From contig NC_057718.1 in NCBI RefSeq assembly GCF_004010195.1, forward strand, positions 97,405,644-97,469,643: a stretch of DNA of 64,000 nucleotides. Reading direction: 5' to 3'. The position numbers and the translations under genes were made by a program. Each line of letters opens with the position of its first letter. Position 1 is the stretch's first letter. Shown piece by piece: positions 36,068 to 47,850 of the stretch. The stretch comes from Chiloscyllium plagiosum (lineage: Eukaryota). The notes below the pieces were generated by a model, which was not told the origin of the DNA, did not search any database, and saw nothing but the letters and a program-made list of their open reading frames with translations.

Positions 36068-36495
36068 CAGCAGACATTTTATTATCCAGCACCTCTGGGA
36101 CCAGGAGTGTACCAGTTGCTCAACTATTTTGGATAATCAAGAAGTTCACAGAATCAATGTAAAAACACACACTAAGTAATAGAAACATTGTGCAGAGGGT
36201 ATACACATTGCTCTTATACTTTAGGTGACAGCATAAGTCACTTAAATAATAATAATGCAGCTTTGTCTGAAATAAAACTTACCTTAAGAGAGCCCTTACT
36301 CACACACCGTGGTAGATCACAGAATTTGAGGATAAATTGACTTGAAATTGAATCAACTATTGATTTTCCATTGGATTGAACAAGTATATCTATATTGAGG
36401 TAAATAAATTTAATTGGGACAGATTTTTCCCAGTTCACCAATGGTGCTGGTTGAAACAAAGTTTCCGGGGCAATGATTTTGATCATCTCCACTGC
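36068..36495. mobile_element. Possible old Tigger-like DNA transposon remnant just upstream of the PH exon
   Basis: cagcagacattttattatccagcacctctgggacc ... ctccactg resemble Tigger-type ends; highly decayed. Confidence 0.3.
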
Positions 36496-36563
36496 TTCTG
36501 AATAATGATTTACTGAAAATGGAGTGAAAGAGATAACCACCCACTTTATCTCTTCTCGCACAG

Positions 36564-36704
36564 GATGCCAAGCTCCGGGAGTTGTTGGATGTCGGAAATC
36601 AGGGAAGTCGCCTGGAGAACAGGATGGTCACCGTGGTTTATGGCCCGGATTTGGTTAATATTTCCTATCTCAACTTCATGGCCTTCCAGGAAGACGTAGC
36701 AAAG
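36564..36704 (+). CDS. PLCB1: Phospholipase C beta 1 coding exon (human exon 4 equivalent), PH domain
   Basis: Acceptor tttatctcttctcgcacag, donor AAG|gtacat, 141 nt, phase 0-0. Translates [47 protein letters not shown], matching recalled human PLCB1 [46 protein letters not shown]. Absent from the ORF track. Confidence 0.95.
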
Positions 36705-37074
36705 GTACATTAAGCATTCCCAAGTTCCCATGCTCCATTGGAGTCAAGTGTGTTCAGAATCCCAGTGTTAAGTTTCCTGAGAGTTCTATCTTGTATCTTT
36801 CAACCAGCTGGTCAGTACCTGCAATTGCATGGTCAATATTGCCTCAAAGTGAATTGAAAGACCGCGGAGCTAGCTTCACATCTCCATGACCTCAGTACGG
36901 TGCAGCCAAACTAGTTCCAAAATTGAAGTGTGCTTGTAGTTTAAAAATAAATAAGTAGCAGGTGTAAATCATATCCTTTTTTTTGTTTTCCATAATTATT
37001 TTCTTTTGGTTTTGTCTGGGTAACATAGTTATTTTCATCCAGAATTCCGCATCCAAAAATACCCCAAGACGCAG

Positions 37075-37630
37075 CAGAAAAAGGTCATCCAGCCTATTGA
37101 GTTAATTCTGCCATTCAATGAGGTCATGGCTGATCTGATAATCCATGACTCCACTCTCCTGCCTTTTCCCCTTAACCCTTGATTCCCCTACTGATTAAAA
37201 GTAACTCTATCTTAGCCTTGAATGTACTTAACCACCCAGCATTAACAGTCCACTGTGACCCTGCTGTTGAAAACTGGGCCCAGTATGTGGAAAGGCTACA
37301 ATTTTTTCTTCCCCCCCCCCCCCCCGGCAAAATGACATTGGCGCAGATGTAAAGCAGCGAGTAATCCATCTGACTGCTTGTGGACCCGCAGCATTTTTGG
37401 AGTAATCCATCTGACTGCTTGTGGACCCGCAGCATTTTTGGTTATAAGGGGCTTAACTTTCCCAGAGGCACCAGACACTTAACAAACAAAACAACCCCGT
37501 GGTAAAGTATTCCACAGATTGACTACCCTCAGAGAGAAGAAATTCTTCCTCAACTGTCTTAAATATCCAATGCCTTCATCAGATATTATGCCCTCTGGTT
37601 CCAGACTACCCCACAAAGGGATACAACCTG
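37075..37630 (-). mobile_element. CR1 3' fragment interrupted by a Gypsy gag fragment
   Basis: ctgccattcaatgaggtcatggctgatctg...taacccttgattcccc before the insert; gtggtaaagtattccacagatt...gagaagaaattcttcctc after it. Confidence 0.8.
37252..37479 (+). mobile_element. Isolated Gypsy gag N-terminal fragment with a perfect 41-bp tandem duplication (37359-37440)
   Basis: Encodes DPAVENWAQYVERLQFF..QNDIGADVKQRVIHLTACGPAAFL..VIRGLTFPEAPDT; aligns to the reverse complement of 46490-46660. Confidence 0.85.
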
Positions 37631-37934
37631 GTAAACTGATTCAAGAGTGTGGCTTTTGCAATTGCACAGGAGGATCAACTATGAAGTTCACTGTCATTCC
37701 TGCACTAAAACTGACAATGACTGTGGGAGTCTACATATGCACAGAGTAATGTGGAAATCCAGAAATTTGTACCATTAATTCTGCGCTCATCCTGAGAGTA
37801 TGTCGTTCAGGTCCCTCCTTATGGGAATCCTTAAAATAATCAATCAGCGAAAGGACAGAAAGGCCCACTTTCCCCGTCGTTAATCACGCTGTAAAAACCC
37901 TCGAAAAAATTATACCAAATTGAATAATATGAAA

Positions 37935-38030
37935 CTGTTGAGAGTGTGGTGCTGGAAAAGCACTGCAGGTCAGGCAGCATCAGAGGAGTAGGAGAATCGA
38001 CGTTTCGGGCATCTTGATAAAGGGCTTTTT
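37935..38030 (-). mobile_element. Penelope-like terminal fragment with short fold-back
   Basis: gtggtgctggaaaagcactgcaggtcaggcagc...gaatcgacgtttcgggc-atct-tgataaagggctttt. Confidence 0.75.
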
Positions 38031-38114
38031 GTATATGATAGTTATGCTTCTGTCTTAATCTGATCATGACTAATTAATTGATTTGGATTTGACCTGAACC
38101 CCAGCCCCACTGAA

Positions 38115-38620
38115 ATCTACAGCATTGAGTAAGGCCCTTTGGCCCATCGGGTCCACACCAGTCAAAAGTACCCACCTAACTATTCTGTTCTACTCCATTT
38201 ACCAACACTTGCTTCCCATAGCCTTGCATGTCTTGGCATCAAAAGTGCACATCCAAAATCTTCTTAGTTTTGCCTCTCCCACTCTCCCAGGCAGTGAATT
38301 CCAGATTGCCACCACCTTCTGGGTGAACATGTTATTCCTGACATCCCTCTAAACTTTCTGCTCCCTGCTCCCTGCTCCCTGGTCTTGATCCCTCCATCAA
38401 GAGGAACAGTCTCTTCCCACCTCCCTTATCTGAGTCCCTCATAATTTTATACCTCTCAATCATGCCCCTCTCAATCTCCCCTGCTGTCAGGAAAACAACC
38501 CTCGACTGTCCAATCTCTCTTCATAATGGAAGCTCTCCAGCCCAGGCAGCATCCTGGTAAATCTCCCCTGCACCCTCTCCAGTGTAACCATGTTCCTCCT
38601 GTAATACGCTCCCAGGTACT
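38115..38620 (-). mobile_element. CR1 3' fragment (older subfamily)
   Basis: ggcagtgaattccagattgccaccaccttctgggtgaa...ccctcataattttatacctc...ggcagcatcctggtaaatctcccctgcaccctctcc. Confidence 0.8.
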
Positions 38621-39464
38621 CACCCACAGGTGTCATGGGAAACTGGATAAGGACATCCCTTTATATTTTAATATAAAAGCTGTCAAAAGCTGCTCAAGGT
38701 TTGAATTGAACCTTCATCGGATCCTGTTCATTTTTGGTACCCGACCAGCCCATGTCTTGCACACATAATTGTGTTTCAGTACTCCATGGTTCACAGTCTC
38801 TGCATTGTCGGGATAAAAACAGACAATGCTGGAAATATTTTAGCTGGGCAGGCAGCAACTTTGAAGAGAGAAACAAGGCGTTTCAGATTGACAACTTGCT
38901 TGTCTGCCTGAGCTGCCCAATGCTTCTCTTGTTTTCTGTTTTGATTTCAGATTTCCAGCACCCGCAGTGTTCTGCCTGTCTGTTGCAGGGAACAGTTTAA
39001 CAATGGGTCTTGGTTTTATACATTTGGAACAATTGCATCTCTAGGTTTTCCCATGACCTCTTGTGGACAGATTTAGTGGTTACAGTAGGAATGTTTGCCA
39101 GGAAGACACGTAAACAAAACTTTCTGCAACATTCTTAAAAAGATTAGCTGGAAGCAATTTTCTGGAACACAATGTCAGTGGTGATTTATATCAGTAATGG
39201 TTTTAACTCCATTCATACTGATTTCAGCAAAGCACAAATTATACAGGGTAATGCAGTTTTATAAATCTCTTTTTATGCTTCCATGCAGTAATCTCTCATG
39301 CCAATGCACATATAACATTCTCAGTCCAAACTTTACGCTATCATTGCCACTATTAGACATCACTGTCTGGAGGTTGTACTCATTGATAAAACATATGAGC
39401 AGCATTACAGATTATAATACGAAAAACGGTAGTGAACAATATGTTTCCCAGCTACTGGAAGAAA

Positions 39465-39965
39465 TTGCAAAACTTGACAGTTCAGAAAAGATTTACAAGG
39501 ATGTTGCCAGGGTTGGAAGGTTTGAGCTATAGGAAGGGGCTGAGTAGGCTGGGGCTGTTTTCCCTGGTGCGTCGGAGGCTGACGGGTAACCTTATAGAGG
39601 TTTATAAAATCATGAGGGGCATGGATAGGGTAAATAGACAAGGTCTTTTCCCTGGGGTGGTGGAGTCAGAACTCGAGGGCATAAGTTTAGGGTGAGAAGG
39701 GAAAGATTGAAAAGAGATCTAAGGGGTAACTTTTTCACGCAGAGAGTGGTACGTGTATGGAATGAGCTGCCAGAGGAAGTGGTGGAGGCTGGTTCACTTA
39801 CAACATTTAAAAGGCATCTGGATGGGCACATGAATAGGAAAGGTTTAGAAGGATATGAGCCAAATGTTGGCAAACGGGCCTTGATTAATTTAAGATATCT
39901 GGTGGTCCTTGATGAGTTGGACTGAAGCATCTGTTTCCATGGTATACATCTCTGTGACTCTACAT
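39465..39965 (+). mobile_element. CR1/HER1 3' fragment
   Basis: ORFs 39432..39695 and 39692..39925 (VQKRFTRMLPGL, GNFFTQRVVRVWNELP). Confidence 0.92.
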
Positions 39966-41409
39966 GACTTGGGATTTATTCGATGCCTGTATTTGTAAAG
40001 CTAAATCTCCCATGTTTTTAAACAGCTTTATCAATTTATCCTGCTGCTTTTAAATATTTATTTATGCAAACCCTCAGGTCTCTCTGCTTTTCAGCCCCCT
40101 TTTAAATTTTACTGCTGAGTCTATTTGCCTTATTCCTTCCAAAACATGTCAGTTTGCTCACCACTCCACCTTAAACTGCGTGTGCCATTTGTCTGACCCT
40201 TATATCTGTCTACCTCTGATTTATCTGAAACTTGCTCACATCCCCCTGACTATCATCCACTTCACCATCATCTGTTTTCAACTTCTGCTTCAGAGATAAC
40301 TCTTGGCTGAATGTGTGTATGCAGATCAGTGCCATGGGATCTCTCAAATCTAAATGAGGTCCTTTAAGCCTGTGGTTGAAGGGCAGTGGCTCTGAGAGAG
40401 CAGGACTCTTTCAGCACTGCCAGGCAGAGCGAGTCAAGATTACATTCTCAAGTTGGGGGTGTGCGATGGAACTTCCCACTATCTTCTGCCTCAGGTTGGA
40501 ATGCAACCCCAATTCCCAGCAATGTTCGCCCCACTCCCTCCGATGTCCTTGAGGAGTTGAACATTTCAATCTTTGGCACTATCAGCAAACACGTGAATTC
40601 AGCAATAACAACACATTCTCAAAAGGGCCTGGGTGGACCAGTTGACATCTCAAGACTCTCTCTGCCTCCATTTACTGGCCTAATGAGAATTGGCTAATGC
40701 ATTTCTAGTATAAAGCGCCATGTTAATTGCATGCTAATTATATTTAATTGTAGGCAGATGGTGGCCATTAACTCCCCCTATAAATAATCTTTGCCTTGAG
40801 TTGTAGTTGCTGGGTCAGAAGGTGCTTACTTATAATCTGTGACTGCCTAAATAAATGTTTATTGTATGTAAAGATTGGCTCCAGTTGTACACTGGTTCAA
40901 CGGGGTCTCTGGAATGGAGTGTTGGACCTCGACTCAATGGATTAGCCTTAATGGAACATAAATATCACCATTATACAATCATTTCCATCATTTATTTCAA
41001 AAAGCAAGCCAGTTCTTCATTTGTCCTTGTGTTCAGATGAAAGCAGCTGGATAAAATCTTAGTCTTCATTAACCTCTGTCCGTCCTCTGTGCAGGGCGTG
41101 TTGATAATTAAGCAGGCCATCCCTGCTCCCACAAACACTTAACATTGATTGTGAAAAGGGCTCTTGTGATATGGTGGCAGTGTCCCGAGTTTTAGGTCAG
41201 GAGATACATGTTCAAGTCCCATCTGCTGCAGACCGTGTATAATAACATCTCTGAATATGGTGATTTAGAAAATGATACAATAAGGATTGTAAAAATAAGC
41301 GGCCTGTGCAAAAGTATTTAGCATTTGATACATACTTTTTTTTTAAAATGTATAAAAAACAAGGTTTGGAGAGAGTCATATGTGTTTAGTGGCGGGAGGG
41401 GTGGGGTGT

Positions 41410-41760
41410 GCAACATGGTGGCTCAGTGGTTAGCACTGCTGCCTCACAAATGCCAAGGACCCAGGTTCAATCCAGCCATGGGCAACTGTGTGGACATTCT
41501 CCCCATGCCTGTGTGGGTTTCCTCCAGGTGCTCCGGTTTCCTCCCACAGTCACAAAGATGTGCAGGTTAGGGTGGATTGGCCATGCTAAATTACCCATAG
41601 TGTCCAGGAATGTGTAGGGCGGATGAGCCATGATGATTGCAAGGTAACAGGGATGAGGTAAGGGGGTGGGGTCTGGATGGGATGCTTTTCGGAGGGTCAG
41701 TGTGCACTCGATGGGCCAAAGGGCCTGCTTCCACACTGTAAGGATTCGATTATTAGTTCT
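41410..41760 (+). mobile_element. HE1-type V-SINE
   Basis: tRNA-like head, V-domain and CR1-like tail. Confidence 0.88.
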
Positions 41761-41864
41761 CCATGGTTCCTTTGTGAGCAGTAATGGCTGCAACCATCAA
41801 AAGACCTAATGGAACCACCAATCCCCAGGCAACTATGTCATCAGCCAGGAATTTCACCCAAACT

Positions 41865-42493
41865 TAGATTTTAGATTAGATTCCCTACAGCGTGGAAACA
41901 GGCCCTTCAGCCCAACAAGTCCATACTGACCCTCCAAAGTGTAACCCACCCAGACCCATTTCCCTCTGACTAATGCACCGAACACTATGGGCAATTTAGA
42001 TTAGATTCGATTAGATTCCCTACAGTATGGAAACACGCCCTTCGGCCCAACAAGTCCACACCGACCCGCCGAAGCGTAACCCACCCAGACCCATTCTCCT
42101 ACATTTACCCCTTCACCTAACACTACAGGCAATTTAGCATGGCCAATTCACCTGACCTGCACATTTTTGGATTGTGGGAGGAAACCGGAGCACCCGGAGG
42201 ATATCCACGCAGACACGGGGAGAATGTACAAACTCCACACAGAGAGTCGCCTGAGACGGGAATTGAACCCGGGTCTCTGGCGCTGCGAGGCAGCAGTGCT
42301 AACCACTGTGCGACCATGCCGCCCACCATTTAACCAATTCACCTGACCTGCACATCTTTGGACTGTGGGAGAAAACCAGAGCAAACCCACACAGACACGG
42401 GGAGAACGTGCAAACTCCACACAGCCTGAGGGTTGGAATCGAACCCGGGACCCTGGTGCTGTGAGGCAGCAGTGCTAGCCACCGTGCCACCCT
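41865..42493 (-). mobile_element. Nested HE1-type SINEs: a younger copy (about 41999-42327) inside an older copy
   Basis: Outer copy split at ggcaatttag|...|ccaattcacctgacc. Inner copy is complete with an (attag)n tail and retains many CpGs. Confidence 0.88.
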
Positions 42494-42939
42494 AAACGTC
42501 TCACAAGAGTTTTTAAGCACTACCTTGAAAGTAAAGTCTTCAGCTGTAAGCAAGTGGCAGATTGGCAGAACTTCAGTATAGATTGGGAACTACTTACAAA
42601 TTGGAAATTGAAGACAACCAATACATAAAATGCAGGCTTGACATCTAGCATATGTTGGAGTGGTGAACTAAACCCTTCGCACCAAGCACAATGCTTTGAG
42701 CTCCTGCATTCAGCATTCTGCATTAGTTTATTGCAAAGCCATTCAACAGATTAAGTGTTGACAGTTGAGATCATGCAATTACTTACTTAATGTCATAATT
42801 GCTTAATCTTTCAGGGCAACAGACAGAACTCAAGAGGAATGTTGATGCTTTGTCATTAGCTCCCTAGCAAGTTATTTTGTAGCAATTCAGCTGTTCTGAA
42901 TTCAAGTAACTATCTTTGTAAAACCTCTATTGTTCGAAT

Positions 42940-43412
42940 AGAATGGAATCCCTATGTGTGGAAGCAGGCCACTTGGCCCATCGGGTCTACACTGACCCTT
43001 TGAAGAGCATCCTGCCCACACCCAGCTCCTACCCTATCCCCGTAACCTTGCATTTATCATGGCTAACCCAACTAGCCTACACATCCCTGGACACTATGGG
43101 GCAATTCAGCATGGCTAATCCACCTAGCCTGCACATCCTGGACACAAAGGGGCAACTTAGCACGGCTAATCCACCAACCCTCACATCCTGGACACTATGG
43201 GGCAATTCAGCACGGCTAATCCACCTAGCCTGCACATCCTGGATACTATGGGGCAATTTAGCACAGCTAATCCACCTAGCCTGCACAGCTTTGGATTGGA
43301 GGAGGATACCCGAGCACCCCAGGGAAACCCATGCAGACACGTGAAGAATGTGCAAACACCACAGTCGCCCGAGGCTGGAATTGAACCTGCGTTGTGAGGC
43401 AGCAGTGCTAAT
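42940..43412 (-). mobile_element. HE1-type V-SINE with 4-5 internal tandem units
   Basis: catcctggacactatggggcaattcagca.ggctaatccacctagcctgca repeated over about 43060-43290. Confidence 0.88.
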
Positions 43413-43479
43413 CACATGAAAATGTGTGCACATTCAGTTTTGCCAGTCATTTCTGTGTTTACTTTGTAAAATGGAAAAT

Positions 43480-43745
43480 AGAATCCGTAGAGCATGGAAG
43501 CAGGCTATTTGGCCTACTGAGTCCACACCGACCCTCCGAAGAGCATCCCACCCACCGCCCCACCCTGTAATCCTACATTCCTCATGGCTAACCCACCTAG
43601 CTTACACATCCCCATGACACAATGGAGGCAATTTAACATCAGCAAACCATCTAACCTGCACATTTTTGGGTTGTGGGAGGAAACCAGAGCTGACCCATGC
43701 AAACACAGGGAGAATGTGCAGACTCCACACAAACAGTCACCTGTC
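43480..43745 (-). mobile_element. HE1-type V-SINE (5' truncated)
   Basis: Tail and V-domain on the - strand. Confidence 0.8.
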
Positions 43746-44277
43746 AATTTGTCCACCTCCCTATCCCAGAGTCAATGCCTGACTACAGCCCAGTAAGAAT
43801 GGTCGATGAAGGGCCCTTGTTGTTATTGAAGGTGCAGGATGATGAGAGTTGTGCCACAAGCACCACTGACTTCAACCACTGTGCGTCCCCCACCCTGTTG
43901 GTACCTGATCTGAGATGAGCCACTTCAGTTCAGGCCAGTGAGGGAGCCAGTGGTGACCAGTGTTCCCTGGGGACTGGAGATGTGCCCAGTGCACCACTGA
44001 AGGAGCTGGTCATCTACAGTTTCGAAATCAAGAAAAGTTCCTTTCTTCTGATGGCTGGCACCATTGGTAAATGCACCATCAGTACAGAACAATTGAGTTT
44101 CAGGGTTAATCTGGCTTGCCTTAAATTGGCTAAGGAGTTCAAATCAACTGCAGTACTTAACTGAATACAGAAAGTAAGCCACCAGTATTGGAGTGACCCC
44201 TGCTGGCAAATGTGAAGATGCTTTTCAAGGATAGCACTGAACCCAGCTGTGATTTTTTTTAAAATGGGATTTCGTAC

Positions 44278-46947
44278 TGAACTAAGTCTACCAAGTCCAG
44301 TATCCCTGTATGTACACATGGAGAGTCCTTGATTCTGATACAGCTCCTACAGTGACGAGAACCTCTGACACCCCAGGTTATATCTGTCAGCCAGGGCTCC
44401 CTGTTTGGGGCTGTTAATCTGGTCCAATCAGGGAACTCATATTCTGTGACGTCCACCTGGCTGACCTTGTTAAAAATCACTGCACCCCTTCCCCTCTGAG
44501 TCCAAGGATGTAGGCGCAGTTCTTTTTTTTTAGTTGTCCCTCCCCGGGGCATTTTAGCACTGGGTCAGGTTCCTCAGATTCTGTCTCAGATAGAGGCAGT
44601 GTGTAACACACCGTAGCTCATCTCTTGTGCCCGGAGTGTTTCAGAAGAAATTCATTCTCTTCAGTCATCGAAGCATTGTCAGGCACCACGCCCATCACAA
44701 ATTGCGAGATATCCTCAATGCCTGACAGAGAGAGGGAACCCATGGGTCCCAGAACAGCTGTCGATGAGCTGAGCATGTTTTGCTCCCTCGCTTGGCTTGT
44801 GAGTTTGCAGCTTTCATATGCTCCATGCGCTTGTTCAGGACCATCACTGAACTTTACACATCACTGGATCCAACCTCGTGTCAACCATGTCCCTTACCCC
44901 CCATTCTCATAGTTCCTACACAAGACTTTGTCCTCTGAAGTTAACTGTCTCTCTCGCTGGTGTCCGGCATTGGTGTTTCTGATGCTGTTTCACCCCCCAC
45001 CCCCCCCCCCCCCCCCGAGACCTGCGACTCATCTCCCCAGTAGCGACTCTGCTAGAGCTATCCCTGTGGTTGCATGGGGGGGGGGCGGTCCTATAACGAA
45101 ATAGGAATCAGAAAGTTTGGTATCTAGTAAAGCTGCAGGCTGTTTCTTTAAACCTGCCTTCAAAGTTTGGACTGCTCTTTCTGCCAGGCCATTGGATGAT
45201 GGATGGAGTACAGCTGTCCTTATGTGTTGAATACCATTCGACTTCAGGAAATACTCAAGTTCCCTGCTGGTAAACAATGGCCCATTATATGTGACCAACA
45301 CTAATGGGAGTCAGTGTATTGCAAAAGACACAGGCGGCTTTTTGATCATCATCTCGTGTTTGACAAATGAACTCTCTGCATGTCCAGCCACTTTGAGTGG
45401 GCGGCCAATGACTAAGAACATTGACCCCATGAAAGGACTGGCATAGTCGATGTGTTACCGAGTCCAGGGTTTACCCAGCCATTCCAACAAATGTGGGGGA
45501 GATGCTGGCATTAATTTTTGTCCTTGTTTGCACTCTGGGCACTGCCCCATGAATGTGGCTGTTGGCATCCAATCCTGGCCACCAGACAACATCCTCACTT
45601 TGGAAATCCCTTGCTGTCCCTGGTGGAGGTGACCCACCATCTGGTGGTGACCTTTGCTCGGGACCCATCCCTCTTGCTCCCTGTAATAATACGCCATCCT
45701 CGACGGTGATCTGGTCTCTCCGGGTCTGAAAAGGTTTCAGTTCTGGCTGTGACCGCCCTTTGGTTTCCCCCATCACCACCCAGTGTTCCAGTTTTACCAG
45801 GACTGGATATTTCTGCATCCCCAAAGTCTGATGTAGTCAGCTGTGACTGGAAGTGTGCCCTGAAAATTTAAAACCCTAATGGTCTCTTCCAGTGGTGGCA
45901 CCACCGGTGTGGGCCTGCCAGTGGGAGGCGGCTCAATGTATCTGCATTTCTTCTTGGCCTCCCAGACAGTATACAGGCAGCAGCTGCAATGGCTTGCCAG
46001 TCCTGATCTTGAAGGAAACTTTAACCATTTGGCCAAGGCTTGGCTTTGTTTTCAGGTTTTGCTGTGGGCTGACCTGGAGTCCCTCTGATCAGGATATGTC
46101 CTGAGTGAGGCTTTTGTTAAAGTGGTGTTCCCCAAGCTCAGTTGGACTGGTGAGGGTATCCACTTCCGTTGGAATACCCTGTAGTTCTTATGCTCCAGTT
46201 GTTGCATTTTCTATTGGTAGAGCCTGTTTGAAGTGCAGTTGGGCTTCAGCTGGTAGCTGCTTTTGCATGGTTATATCATTAATCACATGTACCAAATGGT
46301 CTCTCAGCATCTCATTAAGGGTGAAACCAAAGTCACATACCTCTTCCTGTTGTCTTAACCCAGTCAAAAATCCCAATACGGATTCCCCAGTTCTTGAATT
46401 GCCGGATAAAAATGACAACGTCTCAGAATTAGGGGAGGCTTAGGGTCGTAATACTCCTTAACTAAATCTGTCAACCCTTGAAAGGTTTTGGTATCTGGTG
46501 CCTCAGGGAAAGTTAGGCTCCTAATAGCCAAAAAAGCTGCAGGTCCACAAGTTGTCAGGAGAATTACTCGAAGCTTTTCATCTGCCCCGATGTCATTTGC
46601 CCGGACAAAATAATACAGTCTTTCCATATGCTGGGGTCAGTCTTTGACAGCAGAATCAAATGAGTCAAGCTTCCCAAGTAATTGTATGATGCCAGAAATC
46701 CTTACCTCAATTCAAAGATGATTCTTGCAACCAGATTTCTTCTGGATCATGCTATTCTCTCACCATCACTGAAATCACCCCACAAAGGCTGGTATTCATC
46801 ACCAAGTCACCTTTTATTTACATGGAGAGTCCTCGACACTAATCCAGCTCCTCAGAGCCAACTCACATGTGAACCAGATTAACAGCCCCAGTCAGGGAAC
46901 TCCTATTCTGTGAGGTCTACCTGGCTGACCTCATTACAATCACGACA
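44278..46947 (-). mobile_element. Internally deleted Gypsy/Ty3 LTR retrotransposon (LTR-gag-integrase-PPT-LTR)
   Basis: LTRs at 46770-46947 and 44278-44484 (TG...CA); PPT at 44485-44497. gag ORFs 46364..46627 and 46188..46418 (ERLYYF...LRDHLV); integrase ORFs 45471..45824, 45455..45697 and 45029..45301 (WWPGLD, CPEC, NGPLFTS, HPSSNGLAERAVQTLK). Frameshifted. Confidence 0.92.
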
Positions 46948-47019
46948 GTTACCTCTCCCTAATTCTCTTCTCAAAATTGGTGGTGGGCTATCCCCTTGAA
47001 CTGTGCCAGTCAATACATA

Positions 47020-47370
47020 GATCATCATAGAATCTCTACAGTGTGGAAACAGGCCCTTCGGCCCAACAAGTCCACACTGACCTTCCGAAGACTAACCCAC
47101 TCAGATCCATTCCCCTACCCCATAACTCTACATTTACCCCTGACTAATGCACCGAACTTACGCATCCCTGAAAACTATGAGCAATTTAGTCAATTCACCT
47201 AAGCTGAACATTTTCGGACTGTGGGAGGAAACTGGAGCACCTGGAGGAAACCCGCTTAGACACAGGGGGATGTGCAAACTCCACACTGGCAGTCACCTGA
47301 GGCTGGAATTGAACCTTGGTCTCTAGCGCAGTGAGGCAGCAATGCCAATCACTGAGCTCCATGCCACCCC
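47020..47370 (-). mobile_element. HE1-type V-SINE
   Basis: Full-length reverse copy: tail, V-domain, tRNA-like head. Confidence 0.88.
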
Positions 47371-47419
47371 TTACGGTGTGGGGACACTCACAATTTTGTC
47401 AGGAAGCTTGGTGCTATAT

Positions 47420-47850
47420 TCTAACCCAGCAACACTGAAGGAATGGGGATGCCATTCCAAGTCAGGATGGCGAGTGGATTGGAGGGGAGCTCACAGGTGG
47501 CGATGTTCCCATTTATCTGTTGCCCTTGTGCTTTTAGATGGTAAAGGTCATGTGTTCAGAAGCTTGTGTTGAAGGAGCCTCGGTGGGTTGAAGCAGTGAA
47601 TCTTGTAGATGATTCACCCAGCTGTCGCTTCTCACCATTGGTGGAGAGCCATGAGGGTGCCAAATAAGCAGACTGCTTCTTCCTGAATGGTGGCAGACTT
47701 CTCAAGTGTTGTTGATCTGGGCAAGCGGGCAGCATTCCATCACATTCCTGGCATGGCTTGCAGGGAGTCTGGAGGCGGGTTACTCCCTGCACAGTTCTCA
47801 GTCCTCTTCTTCTAGCCAGAGTGTTCATGTGGCTGTTCCAGTTCCCATTT
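47420..47850 (-). mobile_element. Old LINE ORF2 3' fragment
   Basis: Minus strand accatctacaagattcactgcttcaacccaccgaggctccttcaac; its end (cctgacttggaatggcatccccattccttcagtg) matches the LINE tail at 20160-20200. Confidence 0.6.

Noticed and set aside
1..36563. Preceding PLCB1 exon (recalled as ETELLDLSLVKDARCG...-like)
   Set aside because: Not recognised in any frame by eye; it probably lies upstream of the window. A tBLASTn would settle it.
41410..41480. tRNA gene-like A/B boxes here and at other SINE heads
   Set aside because: They are tRNA-derived SINE heads running directly into V-domain or other SINE bodies, not standalone tRNA genes.
43780..44020. Possible Myb/SANT-like (Harbinger) coding remnant on the - strand (A*TEVAHL)
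   Set aside because: Similarity too short and degenerate to support a call.
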